From assembly GCA_051746405.1 (NCBI GenBank), contig JBNJFB010000015.1, forward strand, positions 1 to 47,655: a DNA stretch of 47,655 nt, in the 5' to 3' direction. Positions 20,460-30,552 of the stretch are shown here, piece by piece (position 1 is the stretch's first letter; every line of letters begins with the position of its first letter). The position numbers were made by a program, and so were the translations under genes. This DNA is from Campylobacterota bacterium. Lineage in GTDB: Bacteria; Campylobacterota; Campylobacteria; Campylobacterales; Arcobacteraceae. The notes beneath the pieces were generated by a model. It did no database searches. It saw nothing but the letters and a program-made list of their open reading frames with translations, and was not told where the DNA came from.

Positions 20460-21134
20460 TTAAATTTTACATTTTTTCACTAAATGTTTAAATATTTCTC
20501 GATGTTCTTTTAAATATATTAAGTATTCAGGGTGCCATTGCACTCCTAATAAGAAAGGATAATCAACTTTTTCTATAGCTTCAATTATTTTTTCATGCTT
20601 AGCTGTTACTTTTAGATTTTTTCCCACTTCTTTTATAGCTTGATTGTGAATGCTATTTGCTACAACCTCTTTTTTTCTTATTATTGAAAACAGACCTGTA
20701 AACTTTTTGATAAATACAGTTTTTATAGGAAAAATTGAGTTTTTATGAATAATATACTCATCTAAATCTAATATTGTAGGATATAAATTTCCTTTAAAAT
20801 ATATATTTATAAGTTGAGCACCTCTACAAATACCTAATATAGGGATTTTTCTTTTATATGCTTTATCTAGCATTTCAAGTTCAAAGCTATCTCTTTTTTT
20901 ATCTAGTGGTGTATTGTGTGCATCCTCATTTGCTCCATAAATTGCTGGATTTATATCACTACCTCCACTTAAAATAAACCCATCAAGTTTACCTATATCC
21001 ATATTTTTTCTTGATGGTTTTAACTTAACTGCTTTTGCATTTTGTAAATATAGATTTAATTTTATGAATATATATGCAAAAAAGTTTCCTTTATTAGGTA
21101 AACAAACACCTATGATAGGTTTTTTTCTACCCAT
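20460..21134 (-). CDS. Gamma-glutamyl hydrolase, peptidase C26 / PuuD-like glutamine amidotransferase
   Basis: LSGGSDINP..Y, RDSFE, GICRGAQ, NSIHNQ, GVQWHPE; ATG 21134 with GGAG. Confidence 0.9.
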   Translation of the reverse strand: MGRKKPIIGVCLPNKGNFFAYIFIKLNLYLQNAKAVKLKPSRKNMDIGKLDGFILSGGSDINPAIYGANEDAHNTPLDKKRDSFELEMLDKAYKRKIPILGICRGAQLINIYFKGNLYPTILDLDEYIIHKNSIFPIKTVFIKKFTGLFSIIRKKEVVANSIHNQAIKEVGKNLKVTAKHEKIIEAIEKVDYPFLLGVQWHPEYLIYLKEHREIFKHLVKKCKI

Positions 21135-22114
21135 TTGGTAATCTCCATATTCCATGTGTTTAAGTTTATTATAGTATCTAAATGATTGTAATATTTATCA
21201 CTAAGCTCTTCTAGCGACTCTTTATCATTAGCTAGTTTCTCCACATAAATCCATCTATTAAACTCTTGGGAAACATTCCAGTTTTTATCACTTATTAATG
21301 AGTTTGATAATCTATAATGAAAAGCAGGTCTTTTTTTTATTTTCTCTTTTGGTAGATATGTTCTTACTTTTTCTTCATCTAAAAATGCAAGTATAGGTAA
21401 CATGTCAAGTGACCTATTTCTTGTGGGATTAAATCTTATATAATCTTCAATAAACTCATCTTGCGATGGCTTATAACCTTTTTTTAGTATATATTTAATA
21501 TAATCACTTTTAAAATCATCAATAAAAGGTGTAATTTTTCTAATAATATCAACCTTTGCATCGTGATTTAAAAAATCTTGTAAAATAACATAAGCTTTTA
21601 AGTACGAAAGTATGCTTTCTATATTTAATGAAACTAATTCAATATTTATATGCAGTCCAAAAGCGTTGTAAATTCTATCTTTTGTTCCATAAGCATTATT
21701 TTTACTTAAGTTACTAACTAACTCATCAACTTTATAAATCTTTGTTAAAGGTAAAGGAGGAGTACTAATCTCATAAGGCACTATATCTTTTGAAAAGTTC
21801 CCTATAAAATCTTGAATACTCTCTATATCCTTATCTTCGATAATAATACTTGTTTTATCAAAAAGCTTTTTAGCCTCTTTTTTTAATTTTTGTTTTGTAA
21901 GAAGTTCAAAATCAAGCTCTAATATATAAGTTCCATCTTGGGACTCTAGTTCATATAAAAAATTATTTATCTTTTTTATCTCAAACTTTTGAACCTCACT
22001 TAAAATATTCAAAATCTTTTGCATATCAATATTTGAAAACTCCAGTTCAAAACCAACCTTTCTAATAGCACCATCATAATTTTCTTGTATTTTTGGTTTT
22101 ATAAAATTATCCAT
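21110..22114 (-). CDS. Putative amidoligase (Amidoligase_2-like, carboxylate-amine ligase fold)
   Basis: VGFELEF, PYEISTPP, FGLHIN, NPTRNR.LD.LP, RPAFHYRL. Confidence 0.85.
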   Translation of the reverse strand: MDNFIKPKIQENYDGAIRKVGFELEFSNIDMQKILNILSEVQKFEIKKINNFLYELESQDGTYILELDFELLTKQKLKKEAKKLFDKTSIIIEDKDIESIQDFIGNFSKDIVPYEISTPPLPLTKIYKVDELVSNLSKNNAYGTKDRIYNAFGLHINIELVSLNIESILSYLKAYVILQDFLNHDAKVDIIRKITPFIDDFKSDYIKYILKKGYKPSQDEFIEDYIRFNPTRNRSLDMLPILAFLDEEKVRTYLPKEKIKKRPAFHYRLSNSLISDKNWNVSQEFNRWIYVEKLANDKESLEELSDKYYNHLDTIINLNTWNMEITKWVEKNLS

Positions 22115-22172
22115 GTTATTCCTTATAGTATAAACATATTAAACAAGATTATCATTTATAAATTAATAATAG

Positions 22173-23462
22173 CTAAAAGCAAGAATTTTTATAAGGAATA
22201 TATCTTGCCTTCAACAACTCAATTTGACTTTGTATATCTATCCAACAATTTGAAATCTCTTCATTATCAAGTCCAACTTCTTGTGCAGTTTCTTCAAAAT
22301 CTTTCACAATTTCAATACAATCATCAATAATTTTTTTTGCAATTGATGGTTTTATAGTTTGTCTCTTTGCTATTTCTAATACATCTACCCTTGTAATATC
22401 TAAAGTTTTACCTGCTATAGTAGTAAGATGCTGTCTTGCTTGCCCTTTTGAATATGTAATATCATAAGCAGGAGATAAACTCCATTTTCCTTCTTTGTTC
22501 ATCAAATAAGCAAAATTTTTGGCATGATCGTCAAAGTTAAAAATCAGAATATTAAATATCATTCTTTTATAAAGTTCTTCTATATCTTTTTGGTTTTTAC
22601 ATAACTTTCTAGTAAGTATAAATAGATACTCATATGAAGTTGCTTGAGGAATACTTATATCAATATGCATTAGACCTGATGCTGTACACATATGTATCTT
22701 TTCATCATCTTTATCTCTATCAAATCTTTTTACTAAAAGATGCTTTGCATTATTCTCAAAAATAAGTTCAAATTGGGCTGTGTTAATATCTGCTTTTTTT
22801 GCCATAGTCATAAAAATATACTCTAAAGTAGTAAGCCCAATGCTTCCTACACCTTCATATATCTCATCAAATTTTATAATAGCTCTTGTGAAATCTTTAT
22901 ATAAATTAGAACTATTTAATCTTATCTTATTTGTTTTATAGTTATATTGAACTAGCATCTTGGGTCTTCCTCCACCTACAGGAGACACACTATTTCTAAT
23001 ATTCATAAGAGATTGAATTGAAGAGTTTTCGCTTTCTATATTTTCTTTCATCTGTTCGTATGCTTCTCTTGCATTTATTATAAATTCAGATGAAATATTT
23101 TCATCTTTTTCTTGAGGAATATACTCTATAGCTCCCATACCTCTATTGCCAATAAAAGCTAGTTTATCTAATAAGTTTATTTCATAAGGTTTTTTATCTT
23201 TTTTTTCAAAGTATCTATCAATAAAAGGCATACCATGTTTATCAGGTAAGGAGTCAAAAAAAACTCCAAACATACCTTTATATAAATCTTTGTGTTCTTG
23301 GTTTGTTTGAGGAGTAGAGAATTTTTCTGTTGACATTTTAATAGGAGATATTTCTAAACTATCAAGTTTAAATTTCTTATCATACTCAAACCATATGAAA
23401 CCATTATTTTCAATCATAGTTCCAATTTTTTTACCGTATATATAAGCATCAATCTCTTTCAT
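22173..23462 (-). CDS. hipA: HipA family kinase toxin
   Basis: N-terminal couple domain (DSLPD..G), GGGRPK, KRFDR, DDHAKNF, LSPAYD. Confidence 0.92.
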   Translation of the reverse strand: MKEIDAYIYGKKIGTMIENNGFIWFEYDKKFKLDSLEISPIKMSTEKFSTPQTNQEHKDLYKGMFGVFFDSLPDKHGMPFIDRYFEKKDKKPYEINLLDKLAFIGNRGMGAIEYIPQEKDENISSEFIINAREAYEQMKENIESENSSIQSLMNIRNSVSPVGGGRPKMLVQYNYKTNKIRLNSSNLYKDFTRAIIKFDEIYEGVGSIGLTTLEYIFMTMAKKADINTAQFELIFENNAKHLLVKRFDRDKDDEKIHMCTASGLMHIDISIPQATSYEYLFILTRKLCKNQKDIEELYKRMIFNILIFNFDDHAKNFAYLMNKEGKWSLSPAYDITYSKGQARQHLTTIAGKTLDITRVDVLEIAKRQTIKPSIAKKIIDDCIEIVKDFEETAQEVGLDNEEISNCWIDIQSQIELLKARYIPYKNSCF

Positions 23463-23472
23463 ATTTTACACC

Positions 23473-23772
23473 TTATTTTCTAACTCTTTTTTTTGTAATT
23501 TTTGAGTTTTTTTCTCTAATCTCATCAAGAGAATTAAATGATTCATTTTTAATAAGCTCATCTAACTTAGCTGTTAAATCAAGAGCGATTAGAAGATTTA
23601 TTATATTAACAAACTTTGTACTTTTTGTTTTGATAAAGTTTGCATAAGATCGCTGAGTCATACCAGCAGCTTTATATAACTCTTCTTGAGTCATATTTTT
23701 TTGAACCCTAACATTTTCAATCATATCAACAAACTTTTCCATAATATCATAAGGAGTCATAAACTCAATCAT
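23473..23772 (-). CDS. XRE-family HTH antitoxin (HipB-like)
   Basis: R.QKNMTQEEL..AGM HTH, basic KKRVRK tail, directly upstream of hipA. Confidence 0.82.
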   Translation of the reverse strand: MIEFMTPYDIMEKFVDMIENVRVQKNMTQEELYKAAGMTQRSYANFIKTKSTKFVNIINLLIALDLTAKLDELIKNESFNSLDEIREKNSKITKKRVRK

Positions 23773-24057
23773 ATTTATACCTTTTTTGCATATTAAATTG
23801 ATTATTTAGCTTTAATATTTCTTTTATTGCATATTATATCAGAATTAATCTTTTGAAAATCTATTTTATTCATATATGTTTATCAAGTTTTGATTTTATA
23901 CTTACATCTTTTATGAAGTATTAAAATTTAACCTTATAGATTTTTTATTATATGAACTAAAGGATCAGGTATTGAATTGTAAACTTGGTTTTTCTAAAAG
24001 TGGAAATCGATGACCTAACTCTTATTTCCTTGCTAATCAAAAAAGACAGGATTACTC

Positions 24058-26145
24058 CTATCTTTTTTTCCAGATACTCATCTGTGAAATTGTATATTGG
24101 TGTTTTCTATTTGTCTCTTTTATTACAAAAGGAACATCAATAGTATCTACTAAATCAAAATCTTTTAAGTTTGCCTTTAAAGTATCTAAAGTTTTTACTT
24201 CTTTATTGTTTTTTATATATCCACCAAGCCAGTTCTCTTTTGGAGTGTAGTCCTCAAGCCATGTATAAGGTGAGAGAAGTACTAGCATACCTTTTTCATT
24301 TAATCTTGTAGGTATATCTTCTAAAAACTTTTGAGGATAGTATAATCTATCTATTAAATTTGAACAGAAAATCAAATCATATCCTGTATAGATATCTTTT
24401 AAGTTACAAGCATCACCTTGCATAAAAGAGACTTTATCTTTTAAATCATCTAATTCAAAATCAGCCAATGATATTGTTTTTTCATCAAAAAGTTCACCCT
24501 CCGTTTTGATTTTATAAATAAGTGAATCATACTTTTGAAGTTTTACACCCACATTTATAAAGTTTGCACTAAAATCAATACCTAAAACCTCATCAAAATC
24601 TTTTGCTAACTCAAAAGTACTTCTACCAACACTACATCCTAAGTCTAGTGCTTTTGTCTTTTTTAAATCCTTTATATAAGGTTTTAGTAGTTCAACACTA
24701 TGTTTAGGGAAGTTTTTAACTCCAAGATGCTCTTTACCGTAGTGAAATTCACAATATTGTGATATAAGTTCATCAGTTTCATATACATTATCGTTTAACT
24801 TAGTTCTATATTCATTGTTTGATTTTACATATCTAAATCCAGCATGCTGGAAGAAATGCTTTCTAAATGCATATCTTGCACTCTTTAAAGTCTCATTTCC
24901 AAGTGAGATAAAAGAACCACCTTTTATAAGTGCATGTCTATCATCAAAAGTTGGTGTTGTAAAATCATCATAAATAGGATGAGTTTCAAAATCATCAAAA
25001 GGATAAGTTGGTGTTATACTCCATTGCCATACATTACCTACCACATCATAAAACTCATCAAACTTATATTTATCCACAGGAGATTGATTAAACTGTTTAA
25101 GACCTATGTTTGCTTCTTTTTGCCCTGCATTTGTGTAGTCATAAAGTCTGTAGTATTCATCCTCACTTGGAAGTCTTACTTCATATCCAAGTTTGTTACT
25201 TAGGTATTTACAAAAGGCTTGGGCTTCATATACATTTACATCAACTGGATAATTAAGTGGAAGTGGTACAACTCTATTAATCTCTCTTAAATAGTACCTA
25301 CCCTCTTTTTTAACCCAAAAAGTAGGATGTTTTGCTTGTGTGAAATCCAACCACTCTTTACCCTCATCACTAAATAGTTCAGGTTTACTATATCCATTTG
25401 CTTTTACAAACTCTAAAAACTCACCATTTGATACTAAGTATTTAGAGGCTTCAAAATCATTGATGTATGCTTTATGGTATGAAAACTCATTATCCCAACC
25501 ATAATAAATAGGATTTTGTCTATCTTTTTGAAGTACTACTTCCCCTCCTTTCACATTAAGAAGCTCATTTTTTGGATATGTTTGGCTTGCACTGTCTTCA
25601 TAAGTAAATAGTTCTTTATCATTTAAAAACTTCATTTTTAATTCTCTTAATAGAACTGATGATGTCTCAATATGTATATTTTCATGCTCAATTCCCATAA
25701 GAATAATCCACATGGGACTTTCCCAGTTTATAGGCATAGTAAATTCAATAGTATCAATTAAATCTAAAACTACCTGTTTTACCTTATCTCTATAGGCTTT
25801 AGTCTGTTCAAAAGTAGGCCATAAATAGTTTTTTGAATCCAAATCATCCCAAGACATTTCATCAACACCTATTGCAAAGATAGATTCATACTCTTTATTT
25901 ACTCTGTTTTTTAAGATATTTGCAAGAATAAGTTTATTTATAAAAAAAGTTGCAGTATGACCATAATAAAAAATTAATGGATGTCTTAATCTATTTGGTT
26001 GTTCTAAAATATTCTTCTTCTCTTTTAATAAATCAAATAACCTCTCATCTAATTCATATGTTTGAAGAAAATAGTTTTTTATCTCTTCTCTTTTTTTTTC
26101 AACTGTTCCCTCTTGTAAATTTATAGAGGTCCTAAAAAAATCCAT
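24058..26145 (-). CDS. ovoA: 5-histidylcysteine sulfoxide synthase with C-terminal methyltransferase
   Basis: RHPLIFYYGHTA, GVDEMSWDD, HENIHIE (HX3HXE), FGE-like domain, YDDF, RYAFRKHFFQHAGFR, ALDLGCSVGR, NLIDRL. Confidence 0.95.
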   Translation of the reverse strand: MDFFRTSINLQEGTVEKKREEIKNYFLQTYELDERLFDLLKEKKNILEQPNRLRHPLIFYYGHTATFFINKLILANILKNRVNKEYESIFAIGVDEMSWDDLDSKNYLWPTFEQTKAYRDKVKQVVLDLIDTIEFTMPINWESPMWIILMGIEHENIHIETSSVLLRELKMKFLNDKELFTYEDSASQTYPKNELLNVKGGEVVLQKDRQNPIYYGWDNEFSYHKAYINDFEASKYLVSNGEFLEFVKANGYSKPELFSDEGKEWLDFTQAKHPTFWVKKEGRYYLREINRVVPLPLNYPVDVNVYEAQAFCKYLSNKLGYEVRLPSEDEYYRLYDYTNAGQKEANIGLKQFNQSPVDKYKFDEFYDVVGNVWQWSITPTYPFDDFETHPIYDDFTTPTFDDRHALIKGGSFISLGNETLKSARYAFRKHFFQHAGFRYVKSNNEYRTKLNDNVYETDELISQYCEFHYGKEHLGVKNFPKHSVELLKPYIKDLKKTKALDLGCSVGRSTFELAKDFDEVLGIDFSANFINVGVKLQKYDSLIYKIKTEGELFDEKTISLADFELDDLKDKVSFMQGDACNLKDIYTGYDLIFCSNLIDRLYYPQKFLEDIPTRLNEKGMLVLLSPYTWLEDYTPKENWLGGYIKNNKEVKTLDTLKANLKDFDLVDTIDVPFVIKETNRKHQYTISQMSIWKKR

Positions 26146-26167
26146 CTCGTCTCCTTATACTATGGTT

Positions 26168-28390
26168 TTACAATTTCTTCTCTAAGAAATCAATTTTTTT
26201 GATTTTATTGCTTTTTACAAACTGTTTGTATATATCTAATAGCTGTTTGGACTCATTGTCATCAATTTTTCCATACTCACTTTTTAATCTATCTTTCATA
26301 TTTTCACTGTTTATATTTGCTAACTCTTTTGATATAATACTCTCCATTAAAAGAACACCTAACTTTTTGCATGAACCTGTGTCATTTAATATATCCATTG
26401 CATTATCAGTAATTTTTATACATCTGTTTAAAATATTACTTGAAATTTTACCATATAATATTTTATATAAAAGATTCAATGCTTGATTATGCAACACTAC
26501 AGGCATTTCATCCCTATCTCCAACAGATTGTTTTAGTTTCACACCTATATTTCCAAGCTTTATTGATTTTTCTATATTAGATTCATCATTTGGACTTTGA
26601 ATATATAAAAATCTATATGCAATAGACATATTTATAAAAGTAGCACCATATTCAAAGGACCCAAGTGCTGGAATACTTAAACACTTTTTATAGTTTTGTA
26701 TAGCTTTTTCATAATCCTTTTGCCACTCTTCATAGTTTGCTTTAATATTATAATAGTGCCAAAGCCATAAAGGTTCATTATTTTTATTATGAGCAAAAAT
26801 CTTCTGTTTTAAACTACTTAGTGCTTCAAGCCCTTCTTCTTTTAGATTCTGCTTTCTTTGGCTTACTATTATCCATGCTTTTCTTTGAAGATATCTTACT
26901 TCAATATCATTTGGCTTATCTTCATATCTTTTTAGCAAAGTTTTTGGTAGTGAGTTATAAGCCTTATCGTACTGACCCATTCTTTCATATATTGAGCAAA
27001 TAGTTACTGCATAACTGTTTTCATTTAATTCATATAAATAGTTTGCAAGCAATAAAGCTTCGTTAAAATAACCATTTCTTTCAAATAAAAATAGTAACCT
27101 ATCCAAAGAGTTTATACTAAGCTTTCTATAATATGATTTTAATGAACTTTCAAAAACTTCAAAATCACTAAAATCAAACATTAAACCTGCTATTTCAAAC
27201 CAATACATCTGAATTAATTCATAGTTTTGTTGCTTATAAATTGAATCAATTAAACTCTCTAATATTAGTATAACTCTTCTTTCATTTAATACTATATCCT
27301 TCACATAATAATATAAAATAATTAATGAAATTGGATTATCAAAATACTTAATACTCTCTTCTATATGATTTCTTAGATAATAAGATAATCTTCTTTGTTC
27401 ATCTTTTAATTTTCTAAAGTCTATATTCTCATTTAGATATATATACATACTATCTTCTTGCAAAAGAAAATAAAAATCATCAAAAGCTCTACTTATAAAA
27501 TTTTGGTAGTTTGATAATAAAATCTCATCATTTACTTTTGTACTTAGAAAATTTTTTGCACAATACTCAAAAAACTCTAAAGATAGATAATACTTAGTAT
27601 TCTTATCTTTTTTGACAACCATAGTTGATGAAAGTTGCATTAAAGCTAATAGCTCTTTTTCTTCTTTAAAAAGCAAGAAGTCAAGCTTTGTATTGATTTT
27701 TCTTGATATTTTTTCCTGAGTGTTTACTCTTACATCTAATAGATTAAAACTGTTTAGTTTTGATTTTATATTTGAAGCCTGGTCATTTCTAACATATAGA
27801 TTTATATTTGAAAACTTTGAAATAGTAGCTTTTAGTAAAACTTCATTTGCCCAATGAGTAGTTTTAAATAGTTCTATATTAAAAATATGAACAGTAACTT
27901 TTTCGTCAAAACCACTTAATGCTTGCTTTACTCTTCTTAACTTTTTAATATCTTTATTAAACCAAGAAAAAAGTATATCTTTAAACTCATTTTTTTCACC
28001 ATCTAAAATAGATGGCATTAAAAAAAGTCCAAACAAAAAAATTAGAACAAAAAACATACCAATAGTATCATTTATAGTCCAATCAAAAGGAAGTTCAAAG
28101 ATAATCTTTTTAAATAGGTCTTCATAAATAGATGCTGATAAAATAGCAAACATAATAGCTAAAATAGAAATAAATGATATAAATGTAGAAGATATCTTTT
28201 TTTTGATTTTGTAAAAAGATGTGTTTCCTGTAAGCTCATTTAACTCCTCTTCAAACTTTTCAAAACTATCATCTTCACATAGGGTTATAAATAACCCTTT
28301 ATCATTTTTTGAGATAATTTTCTCATTTTGATTTAATCTTTTTGATAAATAAAACTTTGAAGTATAAATATTACAACAACTATTTCTCAT
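26168..28390 (-). CDS. Hypothetical 740-aa protein, two N-terminal TM helices and C-terminal TPR-like repeats
   Basis: Hydrophobic segments around aa 68-125; IYERMGQYDKA and DYEKAIQNYKKCL TPR-like units. Confidence 0.75.
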   Translation of the reverse strand: MRNSCCNIYTSKFYLSKRLNQNEKIISKNDKGLFITLCEDDSFEKFEEELNELTGNTSFYKIKKKISSTFISFISILAIMFAILSASIYEDLFKKIIFELPFDWTINDTIGMFFVLIFLFGLFLMPSILDGEKNEFKDILFSWFNKDIKKLRRVKQALSGFDEKVTVHIFNIELFKTTHWANEVLLKATISKFSNINLYVRNDQASNIKSKLNSFNLLDVRVNTQEKISRKINTKLDFLLFKEEKELLALMQLSSTMVVKKDKNTKYYLSLEFFEYCAKNFLSTKVNDEILLSNYQNFISRAFDDFYFLLQEDSMYIYLNENIDFRKLKDEQRRLSYYLRNHIEESIKYFDNPISLIILYYYVKDIVLNERRVILILESLIDSIYKQQNYELIQMYWFEIAGLMFDFSDFEVFESSLKSYYRKLSINSLDRLLFLFERNGYFNEALLLANYLYELNENSYAVTICSIYERMGQYDKAYNSLPKTLLKRYEDKPNDIEVRYLQRKAWIIVSQRKQNLKEEGLEALSSLKQKIFAHNKNNEPLWLWHYYNIKANYEEWQKDYEKAIQNYKKCLSIPALGSFEYGATFINMSIAYRFLYIQSPNDESNIEKSIKLGNIGVKLKQSVGDRDEMPVVLHNQALNLLYKILYGKISSNILNRCIKITDNAMDILNDTGSCKKLGVLLMESIISKELANINSENMKDRLKSEYGKIDDNESKQLLDIYKQFVKSNKIKKIDFLEKKL

Positions 28391-28951
28391 CTACTTTGTT
28401 AATCCCTCTTTTGCGTACTTGTTTTGAGTGGGGTCACTAAACTTATATGAACCCTCTTTTACTTCAAAAGGTAAATTTTCTAAACACTTACTAAACTCTT
28501 GTACAAACTTCTTGTCATAATGTTTAAAAGCATTAGTTAAAATATCTATATATCTTGCAGGGATATAGCAGTTTTTATCACCAGGTTTTGCTAAAAACTT
28601 ATCATTTGTTGTCATAAAAGCTACAACATCTTCATCTAAAGAGGCACCAATTACATCTTCTGCTTTAATAATAGCTTTTGAGTAGTTTTTTTCTCTAATC
28701 TTTAAAGCCTCAAACTCTTCATCTGTAATTTTTATAACAACTCCATTTGTAACAGCTTTTTCATCTTTTTGTAGATTTAAAAAAATACCATTAACAGTTT
28801 TATCTTCAAAGTCAATAGACACTATTGAATCCCATACTTTTTTATAACCTCTTATACTAGCAGGTACTAAATCTTTATAAGTAAGAGTTCTTTGAAATGA
28901 CTTTTGAGCACTATTTAAATTTATAAGAGAACCAAATCCAAATAGATACAT
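28391..28951 (-). CDS. Gamma-glutamylcyclotransferase (GGCT/ChaC/AIG2-like) family protein
   Basis: YLFGFGSL start, GYKKVW, LKIREKNY catalytic Glu motif. Confidence 0.85.
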   Translation of the reverse strand: MYLFGFGSLINLNSAQKSFQRTLTYKDLVPASIRGYKKVWDSIVSIDFEDKTVNGIFLNLQKDEKAVTNGVVIKITDEEFEALKIREKNYSKAIIKAEDVIGASLDEDVVAFMTTNDKFLAKPGDKNCYIPARYIDILTNAFKHYDKKFVQEFSKCLENLPFEVKEGSYKFSDPTQNKYAKEGLTK

Positions 28952-29430
28952 TATATTAAACTCTTTTTTGAAACTACAATTCCATCTTGATCCACATAAA
29001 TATAGTCATCTTTATTTATTGTAACCCCATCAATACAAACAGGTACATTTATTTTAGCATCTTGAATTGGTATATATTTTCTAGGGCAAGTTCCAATAGC
29101 TAAAAGTCCTACTTCAAACTCCTTTGTCTCCACCACATCTCTTACATAACCATTTACAATAATTCCTTCAAATCTACTATTGTTTGCTAGTTTCATTAAA
29201 TTTTCACCAACAACTGCATAGTATTTCTCTTCAACATCTACAACTACAACTTTTCCTGAACCATCTTCATCTTTTAAAAGTGAAATTAAATCTTTGTTAT
29301 TTTTATCTAATTTGACTGTAATAGCCTGTCCTCTAAACTTTTTAGTCCCTCCAAAAGATTTAAATTTTGAACTTAATATTTCAATTTTGTCATCATACTC
29401 ATCACACAAATCTGCTGTAAAAAAACCCAT
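28951..29430 (-). CDS. RraA family protein (putative HMG aldolase / oxaloacetate decarboxylase)
   Basis: TADLCD, GKVVVVD, GYVRD, DYIYVDQDGIVV. Confidence 0.9.
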   Translation of the reverse strand: MGFFTADLCDEYDDKIEILSSKFKSFGGTKKFRGQAITVKLDKNNKDLISLLKDEDGSGKVVVVDVEEKYYAVVGENLMKLANNSRFEGIIVNGYVRDVVETKEFEVGLLAIGTCPRKYIPIQDAKINVPVCIDGVTINKDDYIYVDQDGIVVSKKSLI

Positions 29431-29545
29431 TTATTCTCCTATATTAGTATTAAAAACATATTATCTCATTTTTGGATTAATCTATACTTATTTATTCACT
29501 TTTTATACACAAATAGGTTATACTATAGCTTATAAAGGTGACAAT

Positions 29546-30499
29546 ATGAAAGTTTATTTAGGATTTATTAATATAGTTTTATTAACTCTTTTTTTAAGTG
29601 CTTGTACTTCAAAAGTTACTATAAAAAGAATAACACCCTCACAAATAGAAAATAGTAAAATTACAAACATCTACTTACAAGATATAGAAAATGATAAAAT
29701 ATCACAAGAAATAGCAATAAAGCAGGAACTTTTAAAAGCAAGTATTAATAATAAGAAACTTTTTAATTTAAGCAATATAAATAGTAATATAGATGCAATA
29801 ATAAAAGCAGATATAACTCAATCTTCACTGGATTATAAAATCTATTATAAAAAAGAGGTTACAAATAACTGTCTTGTTTTTTTAAAAAAAACAAATGAGT
29901 GTATTGAACGTGAAATAAAATATATACCTTGTGAAAAAAGAACATACAAAGTAACCACTAATATTGAAGTTTTACAACCAGACCTTAAAACAACTCTTTT
30001 TGCTAAAAGCTACTCTAAAAGTAAATATGAGAATAGATGTTTTGAAGAGTTTTATGACCATTTTAGTATGTATAGAAAAAAGCAAGAAACAAATACAAAA
30101 CTAGCAAAAAAGATAGCTTATGAGTTTGTAAAAGATATAAGTCCAAAGTATGAGTATAAAAAGCTTGAAATAATAGAAGAGATAAATAGTATCAAAACAG
30201 ATAAGAAGATAATTAAAAGTTTTGAACAAGGGGTTGAACTTTTAGATGATGATAAAACTATTGGAGCAAATGAAATTTTTAAAAATCTAAATCAAAAACT
30301 CAAAAATAGAAGTTGGGAAGTTTTATATAACCTTGCTTTAAGTTTTGAAGCCTTAAATAAAACAAACAAAGCTTTATACTTCTACAAAAAAGCAAAAGAG
30401 ATCACAAAAGAGAAAAATAAAGATTTAGTAATTAAAGCAATAAAAAGAGTAAAAACAACACAAAAGTTAAGACATAAAGCACTTTTTCAACTACCTTGA
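29546..30499 (+). CDS. Lipoprotein with C-terminal TPR
   Basis: Lipobox LSAC after ATG 29546 (AAGGTG RBS); YNLAL..EA...KALYFYKKA. Confidence 0.75.
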   Translation: MKVYLGFINIVLLTLFLSACTSKVTIKRITPSQIENSKITNIYLQDIENDKISQEIAIKQELLKASINNKKLFNLSNINSNIDAIIKADITQSSLDYKIYYKKEVTNNCLVFLKKTNECIEREIKYIPCEKRTYKVTTNIEVLQPDLKTTLFAKSYSKSKYENRCFEEFYDHFSMYRKKQETNTKLAKKIAYEFVKDISPKYEYKKLEIIEEINSIKTDKKIIKSFEQGVELLDDDKTIGANEIFKNLNQKLKNRSWEVLYNLALSFEALNKTNKALYFYKKAKEITKEKNKDLVIKAIKRVKTTQKLRHKALFQLP

Positions 30500-30552
30500 A
30501 ATAAATGATTAATCTTTTTTTGTTACTATTTTAAAAAATTTAAAGGTAAACC

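Noticed and set aside
23930..24050. Minus-strand DPLVHIIKN, resembling a CheA motif
   Set aside because: Flanks do not match CheA and the frame has several stops; chance or an unidentifiable remnant
29294..29545. N-terminal extension of the lipoprotein ORF
   Set aside because: Overlaps the rraA-like gene on the other strand; RBS and lipoprotein signal start at 29546
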